Source: Theionarchaea archaeon (GTDB lineage Archaea > Methanobacteriota_B > Thermococci > Methanofastidiosales > SZ-28-30). From it: DNA of 64,000 nt. The position numbers and the translations under genes are program-made. The stretch lies in contig JACVGT010000014.1 of NCBI GenBank assembly GCA_018992685.1, positions 29,040 through 93,039 on the forward strand. The letters are read 5' to 3'. Below the pieces are notes generated by a model. It was not told the origin of the DNA. It was given only the letters and a program-made list of their open reading frames with translations, and searched no databases. The number at the start of each line of letters is the position of its first letter. Position 1 is the first letter of the stretch. This document shows positions 45,222 to 54,034 of this stretch, piece after piece.

Positions 45222-45390
45222 GGAAAGGCTGAAAACACGAGATACTGGAAATAGAAAACTCCAGGGGATTCCTATATGGATGATTTATCGATAATGAAAT
45301 ACTGAAAAGAGATCTTGCAGGAAAAGATGGATAGATGACTTAACAGGCAGAAGAATATTCATTCGGAGCTGAAACTGCAGGAGCAAAACC

Positions 45391-45400
45391 TTATATATAT
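45391..45400 (+). promoter_or_regulatory. TATA box (ttatatatat) for the tRNA gene, centred about 26 bp upstream
   Basis: AT-rich 10-mer with an upstream purine-rich BRE-like agcaaaacc. Confidence 0.5.
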
Positions 45401-45420
45401 CATGTCAGAGGAAACATCAT

Positions 45421-45527
45421 GCCGGGGTGGCTTAGCCTGGTTATAGCGCTCGGCTCATAAGCTCAATGAAATTGGATTCATCACCTGAGACACCGAGAGG
45501 TCGCGGGTTCGGATCCCGCCCCCGGCA
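45421..45527 (+). tRNA. tRNA with CAU anticodon (elongator Met or Ile2), containing a ~32-nt intron in the anticodon loop; no encoded CCA
   Basis: Acceptor stem GCCGGGG/CCCCGGC + A73. D-arm GCU..AGC. Anticodon stem CUCGG/CCGAG with loop CU-CAU-A. T-arm GCGGG-UUCGGAU-CCCGC. The two halves are separated by agctcaatgaaattggattcatcacctgagac. G1-C72 and a non-GGG anticodon stem argue against initiator tRNA. Confidence 0.85.
45460..45491 (+). other. tRNA intron at the canonical 37/38 position (boundaries uncertain by 1 nt)
   Basis: 32-nt insertion between the anticodon-loop A and the 3' half of the anticodon stem. Confidence 0.6.
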
Positions 45528-45763
45528 TCATATGACTTGTTCCGATCTCTAACTTTCCATTTCTTCCTAATCTCATAAGATTGCTGTTTTTAGGAATCTT
45601 TCATTTCAGTTGTTTTCAACGCCTTGAGGAGACCTTGCTCGCCTGTATCACATTCAAATGATCTTCGTAGCCAGTCACAGTCTGATTTGACCAAAGGTGG
45701 TTTTAGAGACTCCCATCACTGTTTGATCAGAGACATCATAATAATCTAAGATTATCGCTCTCT

Positions 45764-46210
45764 TCATCCGACAATGACCGTCCCATCTTCTTGTATCTCG
45801 ATGTCCTGTCCATTCTCCACGCGATCCAGAAACTCCCTGCCCAATTGATCTACAGTGACAATTCGCTTTTCTAGCCAAATTTCAGCTAGAATTATCCCAG
45901 ATGCAGCAAGTGAATCAATGCCCTCTGAAAAAAGCATGGCTTTCGGCATAAGTCTTCTATTAGCTGCCGTCTCCAGCAACAGGCCTCCCGCAGTCGAACC
46001 GATAGTCCCAGGAAGACAGAGGATCTTGCCTGTCATCACTTTTTGATACAGCTCAGGATTGTCATGATCTCCACAGACTGCTTTTCCAGTCACGTTGAAG
46101 AGTAGACTGCTGCGAAAAGATGCCAGAATGTTGAAAGGACTATGCGTAACCAACGCTTCACCTTCAATATGTCCTGGAAGAACTGCCCTTCCCTGAAAAG
46201 TCTTGCTCAT
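45764..46210 (-). CDS. Aconitase X small (swivel, DUF126) subunit; phosphomevalonate dehydratase small subunit
   Basis: ~148-aa AcnX swivel-domain-like protein, 4-nt overlap with the large-subunit gene. Confidence 0.6.
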   Translation of the reverse strand: MSKTFQGRAVLPGHIEGEALVTHSPFNILASFRSSLLFNVTGKAVCGDHDNPELYQKVMTGKILCLPGTIGSTAGGLLLETAANRRLMPKAMLFSEGIDSLAASGIILAEIWLEKRIVTVDQLGREFLDRVENGQDIEIQEDGTVIVG

Positions 46211-47520
46211 TGTACTCCCCCTGGTACATTTCCGGTGGTAACTATCTTCAGAATGTCCTCGTCTATGAAAAACCTGGCTGAAGAATATCCACGCAATTTG
46301 CTGGAGTTGGTGATTACAGCAATTCTTGAGGACAGTGGGTTATTCATTTGTGCGAGAGGACAGACAGAGCTTAGATTGGCACCAACAGTCTTCATCTGCT
46401 CATGTTCTGTACTGTACTGTTTCTTGAACAGTTCCACAACATCGGGAGCAGCACACAAGACTGTGTCTACTGTGACTTTTGAATTCCTCACTTCATGTAC
46501 GGCATTCTGTATCTGGTGTACCCACCAACGGACTTGTTGCAGGCTGAGATGTGGACAGCCAATGAAACAAAGCTGGGGTCTGGCATCTGCGTGTTTCCAC
46601 TGCATTGGATAGCTATGCATTACCCGTTCAAGTTCTGCATCATCGACAACATAGGTTTGATGATCCTTGATCAAGAGGTTCCGCTGAAGCTTCAAAGCTT
46701 CAGGAGTGACATTTTCTACATGAAAAAGCCCCACTGCACCATTGGTTGCCGCAGCCGCTCCCATATCCTTCAAGTAATCTCTGGCGGTTTCTGAAAGTCC
46801 TCTGCCCAAAAAACGGTCCAGACCAATAATGAAAGGAGTACTTTCAGCAACACGTAATCCGATGGCGCTGCCCAACAACTGAGGATTCGGAAGGTTGGAG
46901 GTCTTCACATCTACCAGCCAGGTGGCACGTCGTCCTTCGTCTGTCACTAACCCAAAGAATGGCACTTTGCCCACAATGTTACACAGCAAATCGATTCCAG
47001 CAGAATTGCGGTGAGTCCGCGCTCCTAACACTGAATTAACATAGACCACAGCTGAGGATTCAGACCACGCCGATATATCTCCTTCCTGTGGTGTGTTCCC
47101 GACTTCAGGTAGGTAACTGGTACAGGTGAACGCCCTGTCGTTCATCAGCCCTAACTGGATCAGTTTCTTCTCGTAGTCTCCCTGCCCAGCATACATGTAC
47201 CTGAAGATAATCTTCTGTAGTAGGCTGCATTTGACGTTCTTGAAATCCATGGGACGCGGATCTGTCGTAAAGGGTCTTGTTGTCTTGATTCCTGCTGCTA
47301 TCAATTCATCTACCATCTCAAAGTAAGGACCTAGTATACCAGAACTCGCAGAAAGAACCAGATGTGGGTTTGCATCAATCTTCACCAATTTTCGTGCTCC
47401 AAATGTTTCTCCATAGGCTATCACAGACTTCATTACCTTTCGCATGGTTTCTCCATGCAACCCATTCAAGACGTCCTGTTCGTCTTGGGTCAGTTCCATG
47501 GTGGAATGATGTCTATTCAT
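46207..47520 (-). CDS. Aconitase X catalytic (DUF521) subunit; phosphomevalonate dehydratase large subunit
   Basis: ~430-aa AcnX catalytic domain. Alternative start at MELTQ (47499). Confidence 0.65.
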   Translation of the reverse strand: MNRHHSTMELTQDEQDVLNGLHGETMRKVMKSVIAYGETFGARKLVKIDANPHLVLSASSGILGPYFEMVDELIAAGIKTTRPFTTDPRPMDFKNVKCSLLQKIIFRYMYAGQGDYEKKLIQLGLMNDRAFTCTSYLPEVGNTPQEGDISAWSESSAVVYVNSVLGARTHRNSAGIDLLCNIVGKVPFFGLVTDEGRRATWLVDVKTSNLPNPQLLGSAIGLRVAESTPFIIGLDRFLGRGLSETARDYLKDMGAAAATNGAVGLFHVENVTPEALKLQRNLLIKDHQTYVVDDAELERVMHSYPMQWKHADARPQLCFIGCPHLSLQQVRWWVHQIQNAVHEVRNSKVTVDTVLCAAPDVVELFKKQYSTEHEQMKTVGANLSSVCPLAQMNNPLSSRIAVITNSSKLRGYSSARFFIDEDILKIVTTGNVPGGVQ

Positions 47521-47621
47521 GATCTTCCTCCCGATTGCTTTTCATCAACATACTACTACCGTGTTGAATTCTCATCAGCTATTATCTCAGTCAGGAACTT
47601 TCCCCTCCATTTCTTCCTCAT

Positions 47622-48260
47622 CTAACTCTCTCTTGTGCGTGCTTTCGCAATCCTGAATATATCAGCTGACCTACCGGTAGCTCTACACTCAACCTCTTTC
47701 ACCTCATGGTCATGACCTGTAATCCACCTCATGAGGTATCGGATCATTCCAGTGTAGACACCGCATACAGGTTCCTCTGAGGTTACTCCATCACTCTCGA
47801 ACCGATCCTTGTGAATGAGGTAGAAGTAGTCGTCATCCTCTTTCAGTTCGATAATTGGTCCACTCACCGTTGATGTGAACCATTCGTTTCCTGTCTCTAC
47901 CAACTTATTGAGAAGCAGATGCATTTTCGTTCTTTCTGGAGCAAGACGGGCCGCAATCAGTAAGGCTTTCACCAATCCTGAGCGACCTTCGATGCCGACA
48001 CGGGCAAATTCTCGACCAACTCGAAGGGAGAGAGTCCGAGAACCTTTTTTTCCAAATAAGTCATAGAGAGATAGAAATAGATCTCTCGCATCTTTCACTG
48101 GAATTTCTAACAAATCGTTGTCTGGTGGAAAATTATCAATGTATCTCTCTAAATGAGCAAAGTTCAAAACTGATTTCAGTCCATTGGGTCCAATAGTATT
48201 CTCAACAGTCTGAAGCCAGCATCTCATCATGAAATTATCTGTCTTCTTTTCTTCTGCCAT
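47622..48260 (-). CDS. V4R-domain protein (4-vinyl reductase / Bet3-TRAPP-like hydrocarbon-binding fold)
   Basis: C-terminal V4R signature with conserved Cys (PVCGVYTGMIRYLMRWITGHDHEVKEVECRATG). Start at MAEEKKT. Confidence 0.6.
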   Translation of the reverse strand: MAEEKKTDNFMMRCWLQTVENTIGPNGLKSVLNFAHLERYIDNFPPDNDLLEIPVKDARDLFLSLYDLFGKKGSRTLSLRVGREFARVGIEGRSGLVKALLIAARLAPERTKMHLLLNKLVETGNEWFTSTVSGPIIELKEDDDYFYLIHKDRFESDGVTSEEPVCGVYTGMIRYLMRWITGHDHEVKEVECRATGRSADIFRIAKARTRES

Positions 48261-48291
48261 GGATCTGCACCTCCTAGTGTGATATGTATTT

Positions 48292-48675
48292 TCAAACAAG
48301 CTTTGATATCTCTTCAGCAGTTCTCTTCATATCTAGAAATACTAGTCCAAGTTTGGCATCTCTTCTTGCCAGAGCAGTCAGCACAGCATTTTCTCCTGAA
48401 GCCATTAGAACCACATAACCATTTTCACCCTTTACATACACTTCGGAGAGACCACCACGAGCCAACTCGCTAGCTGTTCTCTCTCCTAACGATAGCATCG
48501 CAGCTGACATGGCAGCTACTCTATCTTCTTCTACATCTCTCGGTAGCTCGGATGCAATCATTAGTCCGTCCACAGAAACCACAGCAGAAGCCTCAATATC
48601 GGGAGTAGTTGCTTCCAGATCTTTCAAAAGAGTTGACAACTCTTCAACTCTTGATTTCTTGGCTATTTGACTCAC
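48292..48675 (-). CDS. Roadblock/LC7 (MglB-like) domain protein
   Basis: 127 aa with the Roadblock alpha-beta-alpha pattern (ASAVVSVDGLMIASELP ... GYVVLMASGENAVLTALAR). Confidence 0.7.
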   Translation of the reverse strand: MSQIAKKSRVEELSTLLKDLEATTPDIEASAVVSVDGLMIASELPRDVEEDRVAAMSAAMLSLGERTASELARGGLSEVYVKGENGYVVLMASGENAVLTALARRDAKLGLVFLDMKRTAEEISKLV

Positions 48676-48965
48676 CTCATTTCATTTTATTCTCTATGTG
48701 GGTGTTTCTCTTCTCTCCTTTTCCTTTTTATCCGCTACGTTTTGGAGCATATAAATCTTACGGAAAATTGGAACCCCACATCATCCCACGGGACCATTAG
48801 AAGATGAAGAATGAAGAGATTTTAATTGGAAGTGGTTCTGATTCTGAGGGAATGCTGTCAGTCTTCTCGTCCAGAAGTGAAATCAACCTACAATGTAATG
48901 TTGCTTAAAAATAAAGAGTAGGTAACCTACAAAAAAGACTGTTGTCACCAAATCGTGCTTTCTAG

Positions 48966-49265
48966 CTACAGTTCCCTTTTTCGGATCAAAGAGTTCCCCA
49001 CAGTAAGTGTATCCGTGTCCTTAATACCCGTGACAGTGGCTATTTTCCCTCCAATTAACCTCATTCCCCTTTCCAGACTCTCTTGGAGGAAATGTCGCTC
49101 AATATCCAGGACCAGAAGAATGTCATGCCTCCCAAATATACTGTGCACTTCTGTCGTTTCTGGGAATTTCTTCAGCTTCTCCACTACCTCTTCGTGCTTT
49201 CCACCCTCTGTATCTACAAGCACAAAAAACCGCTGGGTTTTCTTGGGTTCAATGTATTCACTCAT
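48966..49265 (-). CDS. Stand-alone Lrp/AsnC C-terminal (RAM) ligand-binding domain protein
   Basis: ~99 aa, beta-alpha-beta-beta-alpha-beta pattern (FFVLVDTEGGKHEEVVEKLKKFPETTEVHSIFGRHDILLVL). Confidence 0.45.
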   Translation of the reverse strand: MSEYIEPKKTQRFFVLVDTEGGKHEEVVEKLKKFPETTEVHSIFGRHDILLVLDIERHFLQESLERGMRLIGGKIATVTGIKDTDTLTVGNSLIRKREL

Positions 49266-49529
49266 GGTAGTTTCTAACCAGGAGATTTTATAAGCATTTC
49301 CTTACTTCAGTCGTTCCTACACATTTATCCTCTTGAACCCCACATCGTGATTAAAATCTCTTCATGGCTGTCAACTTTTGAAGATCCCTCGATACAATTC
49401 GATTTACGGTGGATAATTTATGACAAATTGAGAGGTTCATCATGGGTTCCTCCAGCACAGAGAGAGGAGAAAAGGAAATGTTATATACCCTGTATGAAAT
49501 GAAAAGCATGAACCCGAGGAGGAACCCTC

Positions 49530-50285
49530 ATGAATATGGTTGAAACGGAATATCATGGTGATGTAGCTCTCATAAGGCTGGCCAGAGACACCACCAATGC
49601 CCTGAATACCCCGTTTATTATTGAACTATCTCAGATGCTGGATATGGCGAGAAAAGATCCAGATGTGCACAGCATTGTCATTTCAAGCTCTAATAACAAG
49701 TTTTTCTGTATCGGATATGATCTCAAGGAGTTGCATTCCGTTTCCCGCCAGGAGTTCACAGAATTCTATCACGCATTCAATCGTCTCTGCATTGAACTCC
49801 TGACTACACCAAAACCAACCATTGCAGCAATTACCGGACATGCCATAGCCGGGGGATGTGCTCTCACACTGTGCTGTGACTACCGGTATATTGCTGAAGG
49901 CCATAAGTTGATGGGATTCAATGTATTAAGACTGGGTATCCCTGTTCCTTATCTTGTGGAGTGGCTCCTGCACCACATCGTTGGAGCACGAACTGCCAGG
50001 AATGTTGTAGACTCCGGCCAGTTTTTTACACCTGATCTCTTGTTAGAGATGGGTCTCGTGGACGCTGTTCTGCCGTTGGAGACTCTTATCCCTCGATCTC
50101 TGGAGAGAGCTCAGGAACTGGGCAGTATGCCGCATAAAGCATTCGCTGTGACCAAACGCAACCGCAGTGAAGTGTTAGAGTACCAAATTCTGGTCAAGCT
50201 TGAGGAGAAAAACCAGGAATTCATAGATTGTTGGTTTTCAGAAGAGGCGCAGACTCTGTTGAAAGATGCAGTGAAGAAATTCTAA
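49530..50285 (+). CDS. Enoyl-CoA hydratase/isomerase (crotonase) family protein
   Basis: Oxyanion-hole region ITGHAIAGGCALTLCCDYRYIAE and crotonase fold length. Confidence 0.75.
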   Translation: MNMVETEYHGDVALIRLARDTTNALNTPFIIELSQMLDMARKDPDVHSIVISSSNNKFFCIGYDLKELHSVSRQEFTEFYHAFNRLCIELLTTPKPTIAAITGHAIAGGCALTLCCDYRYIAEGHKLMGFNVLRLGIPVPYLVEWLLHHIVGARTARNVVDSGQFFTPDLLLEMGLVDAVLPLETLIPRSLERAQELGSMPHKAFAVTKRNRSEVLEYQILVKLEEKNQEFIDCWFSEEAQTLLKDAVKKF

Positions 50286-50333
50286 GAATATGTTTACTGA
50301 AAAGCTTATATCCTTCAGTGTCTAGCTTTTTGC

Positions 50334-51230
50334 ATGACATACATCATCAACAGTTACCAGGAAGCTTTCGTTGAAGATCAAGAACGAGTGGGAAAGGAAG
50401 TCACCAAAAACTGGAAGTCCTTTGAACAGTCCAGTGTTGATCAGCTGCGACAAGTGTATTCAGCACCTGATTTTGATCCTGAGACCAGATTTTACTGTTT
50501 TAGAGATAATGAATTAGTGGGATTTTTGACCTCCAACATAATAAAAGACGTAACACCCAGGAAGGCCAACCTGGAATTCCCCCTGGTCTTGCCTGCGCAT
50601 GAAGAGGCTGAATCTCTCTTATTTGAGAAAGCGCTGGATGTACTCAGGGGAAAAGGTGTTAAAGTGGTGAGAACCCGGGTGAGTAAAGCCTGGGGAAAGA
50701 CATATGACATGGCACAAAGGTGGGGATATACATTTGTGGAGGAGCAGGGAGTAACATACAGTGCAGACCTGACTGGAGTGTCAATACCGGAGAGCACTGG
50801 ATTGGACAGAGTTGAAGAGTATGATTATCAGAGAGACTGTCAGCAGATGGTTGACATCTTCGTGAAACACTACGGCATGACCCCAGAGCAGGCACAGGCG
50901 AATTTTGACGCACTGGCCGATGCTGCAGATCAAGTTATTTCTCATGTGGTAATTCGGAAGAATGGGCAAATTACAGGCCGAGCCCTGGCACTCCGTTACA
51001 GGAATGATCCTACCCGTGGACATACAGGGGCTTTTTTTGTTACTGATGAAAAGCAGCGCCTTCCGCTTGTGGCCCGAATAGTGAAGGACTGTATGGCAAA
51101 GAGGGTTACCACTCTTGAGGCTGCCCTTTTTGGGGACATGCTCAAGGATAAGGACGTAATTTCCAGCATGTTTGAATCCCTGGGGTTTGTTCACCAGGCT
51201 ACCATATCCTTCTATGAAAAAAGGATTTAG
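50334..51230 (+). CDS. Putative tandem-GNAT N-acetyltransferase-like protein
   Basis: Two ~140-aa halves each with GNAT-like beta-alpha pattern (LVGFLTSN ... RGKGVKVVRTRV ... WGYTFV). Weak. Confidence 0.35.
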   Translation: MTYIINSYQEAFVEDQERVGKEVTKNWKSFEQSSVDQLRQVYSAPDFDPETRFYCFRDNELVGFLTSNIIKDVTPRKANLEFPLVLPAHEEAESLLFEKALDVLRGKGVKVVRTRVSKAWGKTYDMAQRWGYTFVEEQGVTYSADLTGVSIPESTGLDRVEEYDYQRDCQQMVDIFVKHYGMTPEQAQANFDALADAADQVISHVVIRKNGQITGRALALRYRNDPTRGHTGAFFVTDEKQRLPLVARIVKDCMAKRVTTLEAALFGDMLKDKDVISSMFESLGFVHQATISFYEKRI

Positions 51231-51297
51231 ATTCACGGTGGTCTCCAGGAATTCTGTGATGATGACACGGTGTTCCAGAGAGGAATGACATGGATGA

Positions 51298-51537
51298 TTT
51301 CAAACGCTGTATCTTGCGAGGCAACTCCTTCACCTCGCCACAAGGGCAGAGGTAGCTGCAGTCATTCTCAATGACGGTTTCATTGTTGGCACTTGGCAGA
51401 TGAAAAAAGAGGGGGACTCGTATTTGTTTCATGCAGAGCCCTTAACAGGCTTTGAAGAGTATGAGACGGCCTCGATTGAAAAAAGGATAGATGAGATTGC
51501 CCATTTTCTGGGAACTGATGATTACGAGATTCGCTAG
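51298..51537 (+). pseudogene. Possible gene remnant: 80-codon stop-to-stop frame with no plausible start at its 5' end
   Basis: Frame FQTLYLARQLLHLATRAEVAAVILNDGFIVGTWQMKKEGDSYLFHAEPLTGFEEYETASIEKRIDEIAHFLGTDDYEIR* looks protein-like but begins right after the preceding gene. Confidence 0.2.
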
Positions 51538-52266
51538 GTAAGACTTTGCTCTTCACTGCTGCCCTCTCCCTCTGAGAATCTCTTACAGTACTGGCGAGAA
51601 GTGAAATTTCTAATTCTTCTTCTTGCCGGGGAAGAGGGCGAATTTTGAAGACATCCTTTCTTCCCATTCTTTCAATTTGGTGCTCCACGTTTCCATTTTC
51701 GTCACCTCGATTCGGTTTTTCAGAGCTCATTGAGTAATATCCTGAGACCAGGTTCAATACTCAATCAGGTTCAAAACTCAACCAGAAATTGATCGATCTC
51801 AGATAGTGCTTCAGTAATATCAACCGACAGTATTTCTCTTTTCGTACCTTCTGTGTGAATTCTTGCCTCGACAGTCAGTTCAAAATCTCCTCAATATACT
51901 TCTGCATGTTCATTCTGAATCCTCAGAACAAATCACAGCCGAAGCATGGGGGTTGTGCCCTTCTTGCCTTTGCAGAATCTGACTATCTTTCAATCTCGAT
52001 ATGTGATTCTATTAGTTCCCTCCTTTATGAAGCTTTCTATAGGGGTCAAGAGATGTTGGGCTCAACGATGTCAGTCTCGAACGTGCCTTTTCTGGTTCTT
52101 TGAAAAGTCTCCGGGCAGAGTGGAGTGTTACCAGGGCATGCAGGTTTTTGATTTCCAACACTCCTGTAATCCCCTAGCGGGAAAAACACGGAGTCACCTT
52201 ATAACAGAATAGATACCTTCAGCAGGAAAGAAGACAAATGGCAGCCAAAATAAAAGAAAGAAAAAA

Positions 52267-52992
52267 TTACTTTCTATCAAGATACAGCACCGTATATGCC
52301 ACGATTGCATACATTCCTACAAAAACACTGAGCAAGCCACCAATCCAAGGGACAAGACCAACGACAAGGCCAAGTACAAGGAAGACTAACACAAGAATCA
52401 AGACTTCAAAGAAGTTTTCCTTGGCAATGCTGTAGCTCCTGCTGAATGCTGTTCCCAGATCAAGATCATCAACCACTATTCCCTGTTTCACAAAGATGAG
52501 CAAGATCATGACGATCAACGCACCGATGCAGAAGACGAAAAATCCAAGAATTGTCAGCAAAGTCACGATTATGGAAGCAATCAGCAGGATGAGTATTTTT
52601 CCTGCTCCAATTTCGTTCCACACTTCAGACAGCGACAGCTTCTTCCCTTGAGTAGCATTATACGCAATCCTGATAGCAAATGCGTCAATCACTACGCCAA
52701 ATATCCAGCTGAGTATCCCAAAGACTGATATAAGTCCGAGGAATGACAATGCCGTGCCCAGGAAGTACTCTGGATCAACCTCGAATCCCCTGAATCCAGG
52801 CTGCATCATCCCTTGCTGAAAGAACACTCCCACTGTAGTGAGGATACCGATCAATGATAGTATCACAGGTATCAGGTACAGCACGATGATGATCGGATTC
52901 TTTCCGATGATGTCCAAAGCCTCAGAGAGTATTTCTCCTATTCCTTTCTTTTCATTTGTCATGGTAACACCTGAAGATATAGGAGAATTCAC
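52267..52992 (-). CDS. Integral membrane protein (about 6 TM), hypothetical
   Basis: 241 aa dominated by hydrophobic helices. No recognised motif. Confidence 0.45.
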   Translation of the reverse strand: MNSPISSGVTMTNEKKGIGEILSEALDIIGKNPIIIVLYLIPVILSLIGILTTVGVFFQQGMMQPGFRGFEVDPEYFLGTALSFLGLISVFGILSWIFGVVIDAFAIRIAYNATQGKKLSLSEVWNEIGAGKILILLIASIIVTLLTILGFFVFCIGALIVMILLIFVKQGIVVDDLDLGTAFSRSYSIAKENFFEVLILVLVFLVLGLVVGLVPWIGGLLSVFVGMYAIVAYTVLYLDRK

Positions 52993-53214
52993 ACTTAAAT
53001 AACTTTTCGCTTCCAGAGAGGGTGCTATGTAACTTTTTGGCTTCTGTCAGGATTTTACTTTGTGTTTTGGCAGGATATGAAATAGTTCCCATGATTTGCT
53101 GAAATAGAACACGTGCGGCTTGAGGTGGTATTCACCAATGTGTAGATAGTACTGAATTAGCTGAAGAAGATGAGTCGTGTGAAAAGATACTTAAGGGACC
53201 TTGCCCCTCACACA

Positions 53215-54006
53215 ATGATGAAGATTGCTGTGGCTGGAAAGGGTGGAGTAGGAAAGACCACCCTGACAGCACTACTCTCAACACTGTATAGAAATGAAGG
53301 ACGCACAGTCCTGGCTATTGATGCAGATTCAAATCCCAATCTCGCTGACATTCTTGGTGTTTCAACCCATATTGTTCCCTTGACTGATCAGAAAGAGTTG
53401 GTAGAAGAAAGAACCCAGAGCACATTGGGAGGGTTTGGAGGCATTTTCAAGTTGAATCCTCGAGTCGACGATATTGCCTCCAAGTATGCAGTTGAGCATC
53501 AAGGAATTAAGGTGTTGGTTATGGGATCAGTGAAAGTGGCAGAAAGTGGGTGTGCGTGCCCCGCCAATGTACTGGTAAAGAATTTATTGAGTCACATACT
53601 CCTCACCGAAAAGGATGTGGTGATCTGTGACATGGAAGCAGGAGTTGAGCACCTGGGACGGGGAACTGCCAAGGCAGTCGATGCCATGGTGGTGGTGGTT
53701 GAGCCCGGGAGAAGAAGCGTGGAAACGGCCAATCGTATCTATCGCCTGGCAAGGGACCTGGGAATTCAGAACATTTTTGCTGTGGGAAATAAGGTGAGAA
53801 ACCAAGAAGAAAAAGAATTTCTCGAGGATATGGTGGACATGGAGGTTCTGGGCACCATCATGTATGACGAGAGGATCATTGAATCGGATATGAGAGGGAG
53901 CCTACCACAACATGACAACCTGGTTTCAGAGATTAGAGTCATAAAGGAGAATTTGGAAACGCAGGTAAAAAAGTCAGTTCCTACCAAGAATAGCAACGAA
54001 TACTAA
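53215..54006 (+). CDS. cooC: CooC/AcsF-family P-loop NTPase (MinD/ParA superfamily; nickel-insertion accessory-protein-like)
   Basis: Deviant Walker A IAVAGKGGVGKTT and the CooC-specific ESGCACPAN (CxC) motif. Confidence 0.6.
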   Translation: MMKIAVAGKGGVGKTTLTALLSTLYRNEGRTVLAIDADSNPNLADILGVSTHIVPLTDQKELVEERTQSTLGGFGGIFKLNPRVDDIASKYAVEHQGIKVLVMGSVKVAESGCACPANVLVKNLLSHILLTEKDVVICDMEAGVEHLGRGTAKAVDAMVVVVEPGRRSVETANRIYRLARDLGIQNIFAVGNKVRNQEEKEFLEDMVDMEVLGTIMYDERIIESDMRGSLPQHDNLVSEIRVIKENLETQVKKSVPTKNSNEY

Positions 54007-54034
54007 GTAAAAAGCGAAAAAAAGGAAAAAGTGA
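54007..54034 (-). terminator. Oligo-T tract on the minus strand just after the malic-enzyme stop
   Basis: Reverse complement reads ctttttcctttttttcgctttttact. Confidence 0.4.

Noticed and set aside
45290-45340. C/D-box sRNA-like motifs (GGAUGAUU ... CUGA) upstream of the tRNA
   Set aside because: C box does not match RUGAUGA, spacing and terminal stem are wrong. Needs a covariance-model scan to reconsider.
45421-47628. Integrated mobile element next to the tRNA bounded by the repeated motif
   Set aside because: The cargo between the motif copies is housekeeping (acnX). No integrase, and the repeat lies outside the tRNA body.
51380-51757. 125-aa minus-strand ORF in the gene-poor segment
   Set aside because: Low-complexity S/P/Q-rich, antisense to the more protein-like remnant frame. 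No start context.
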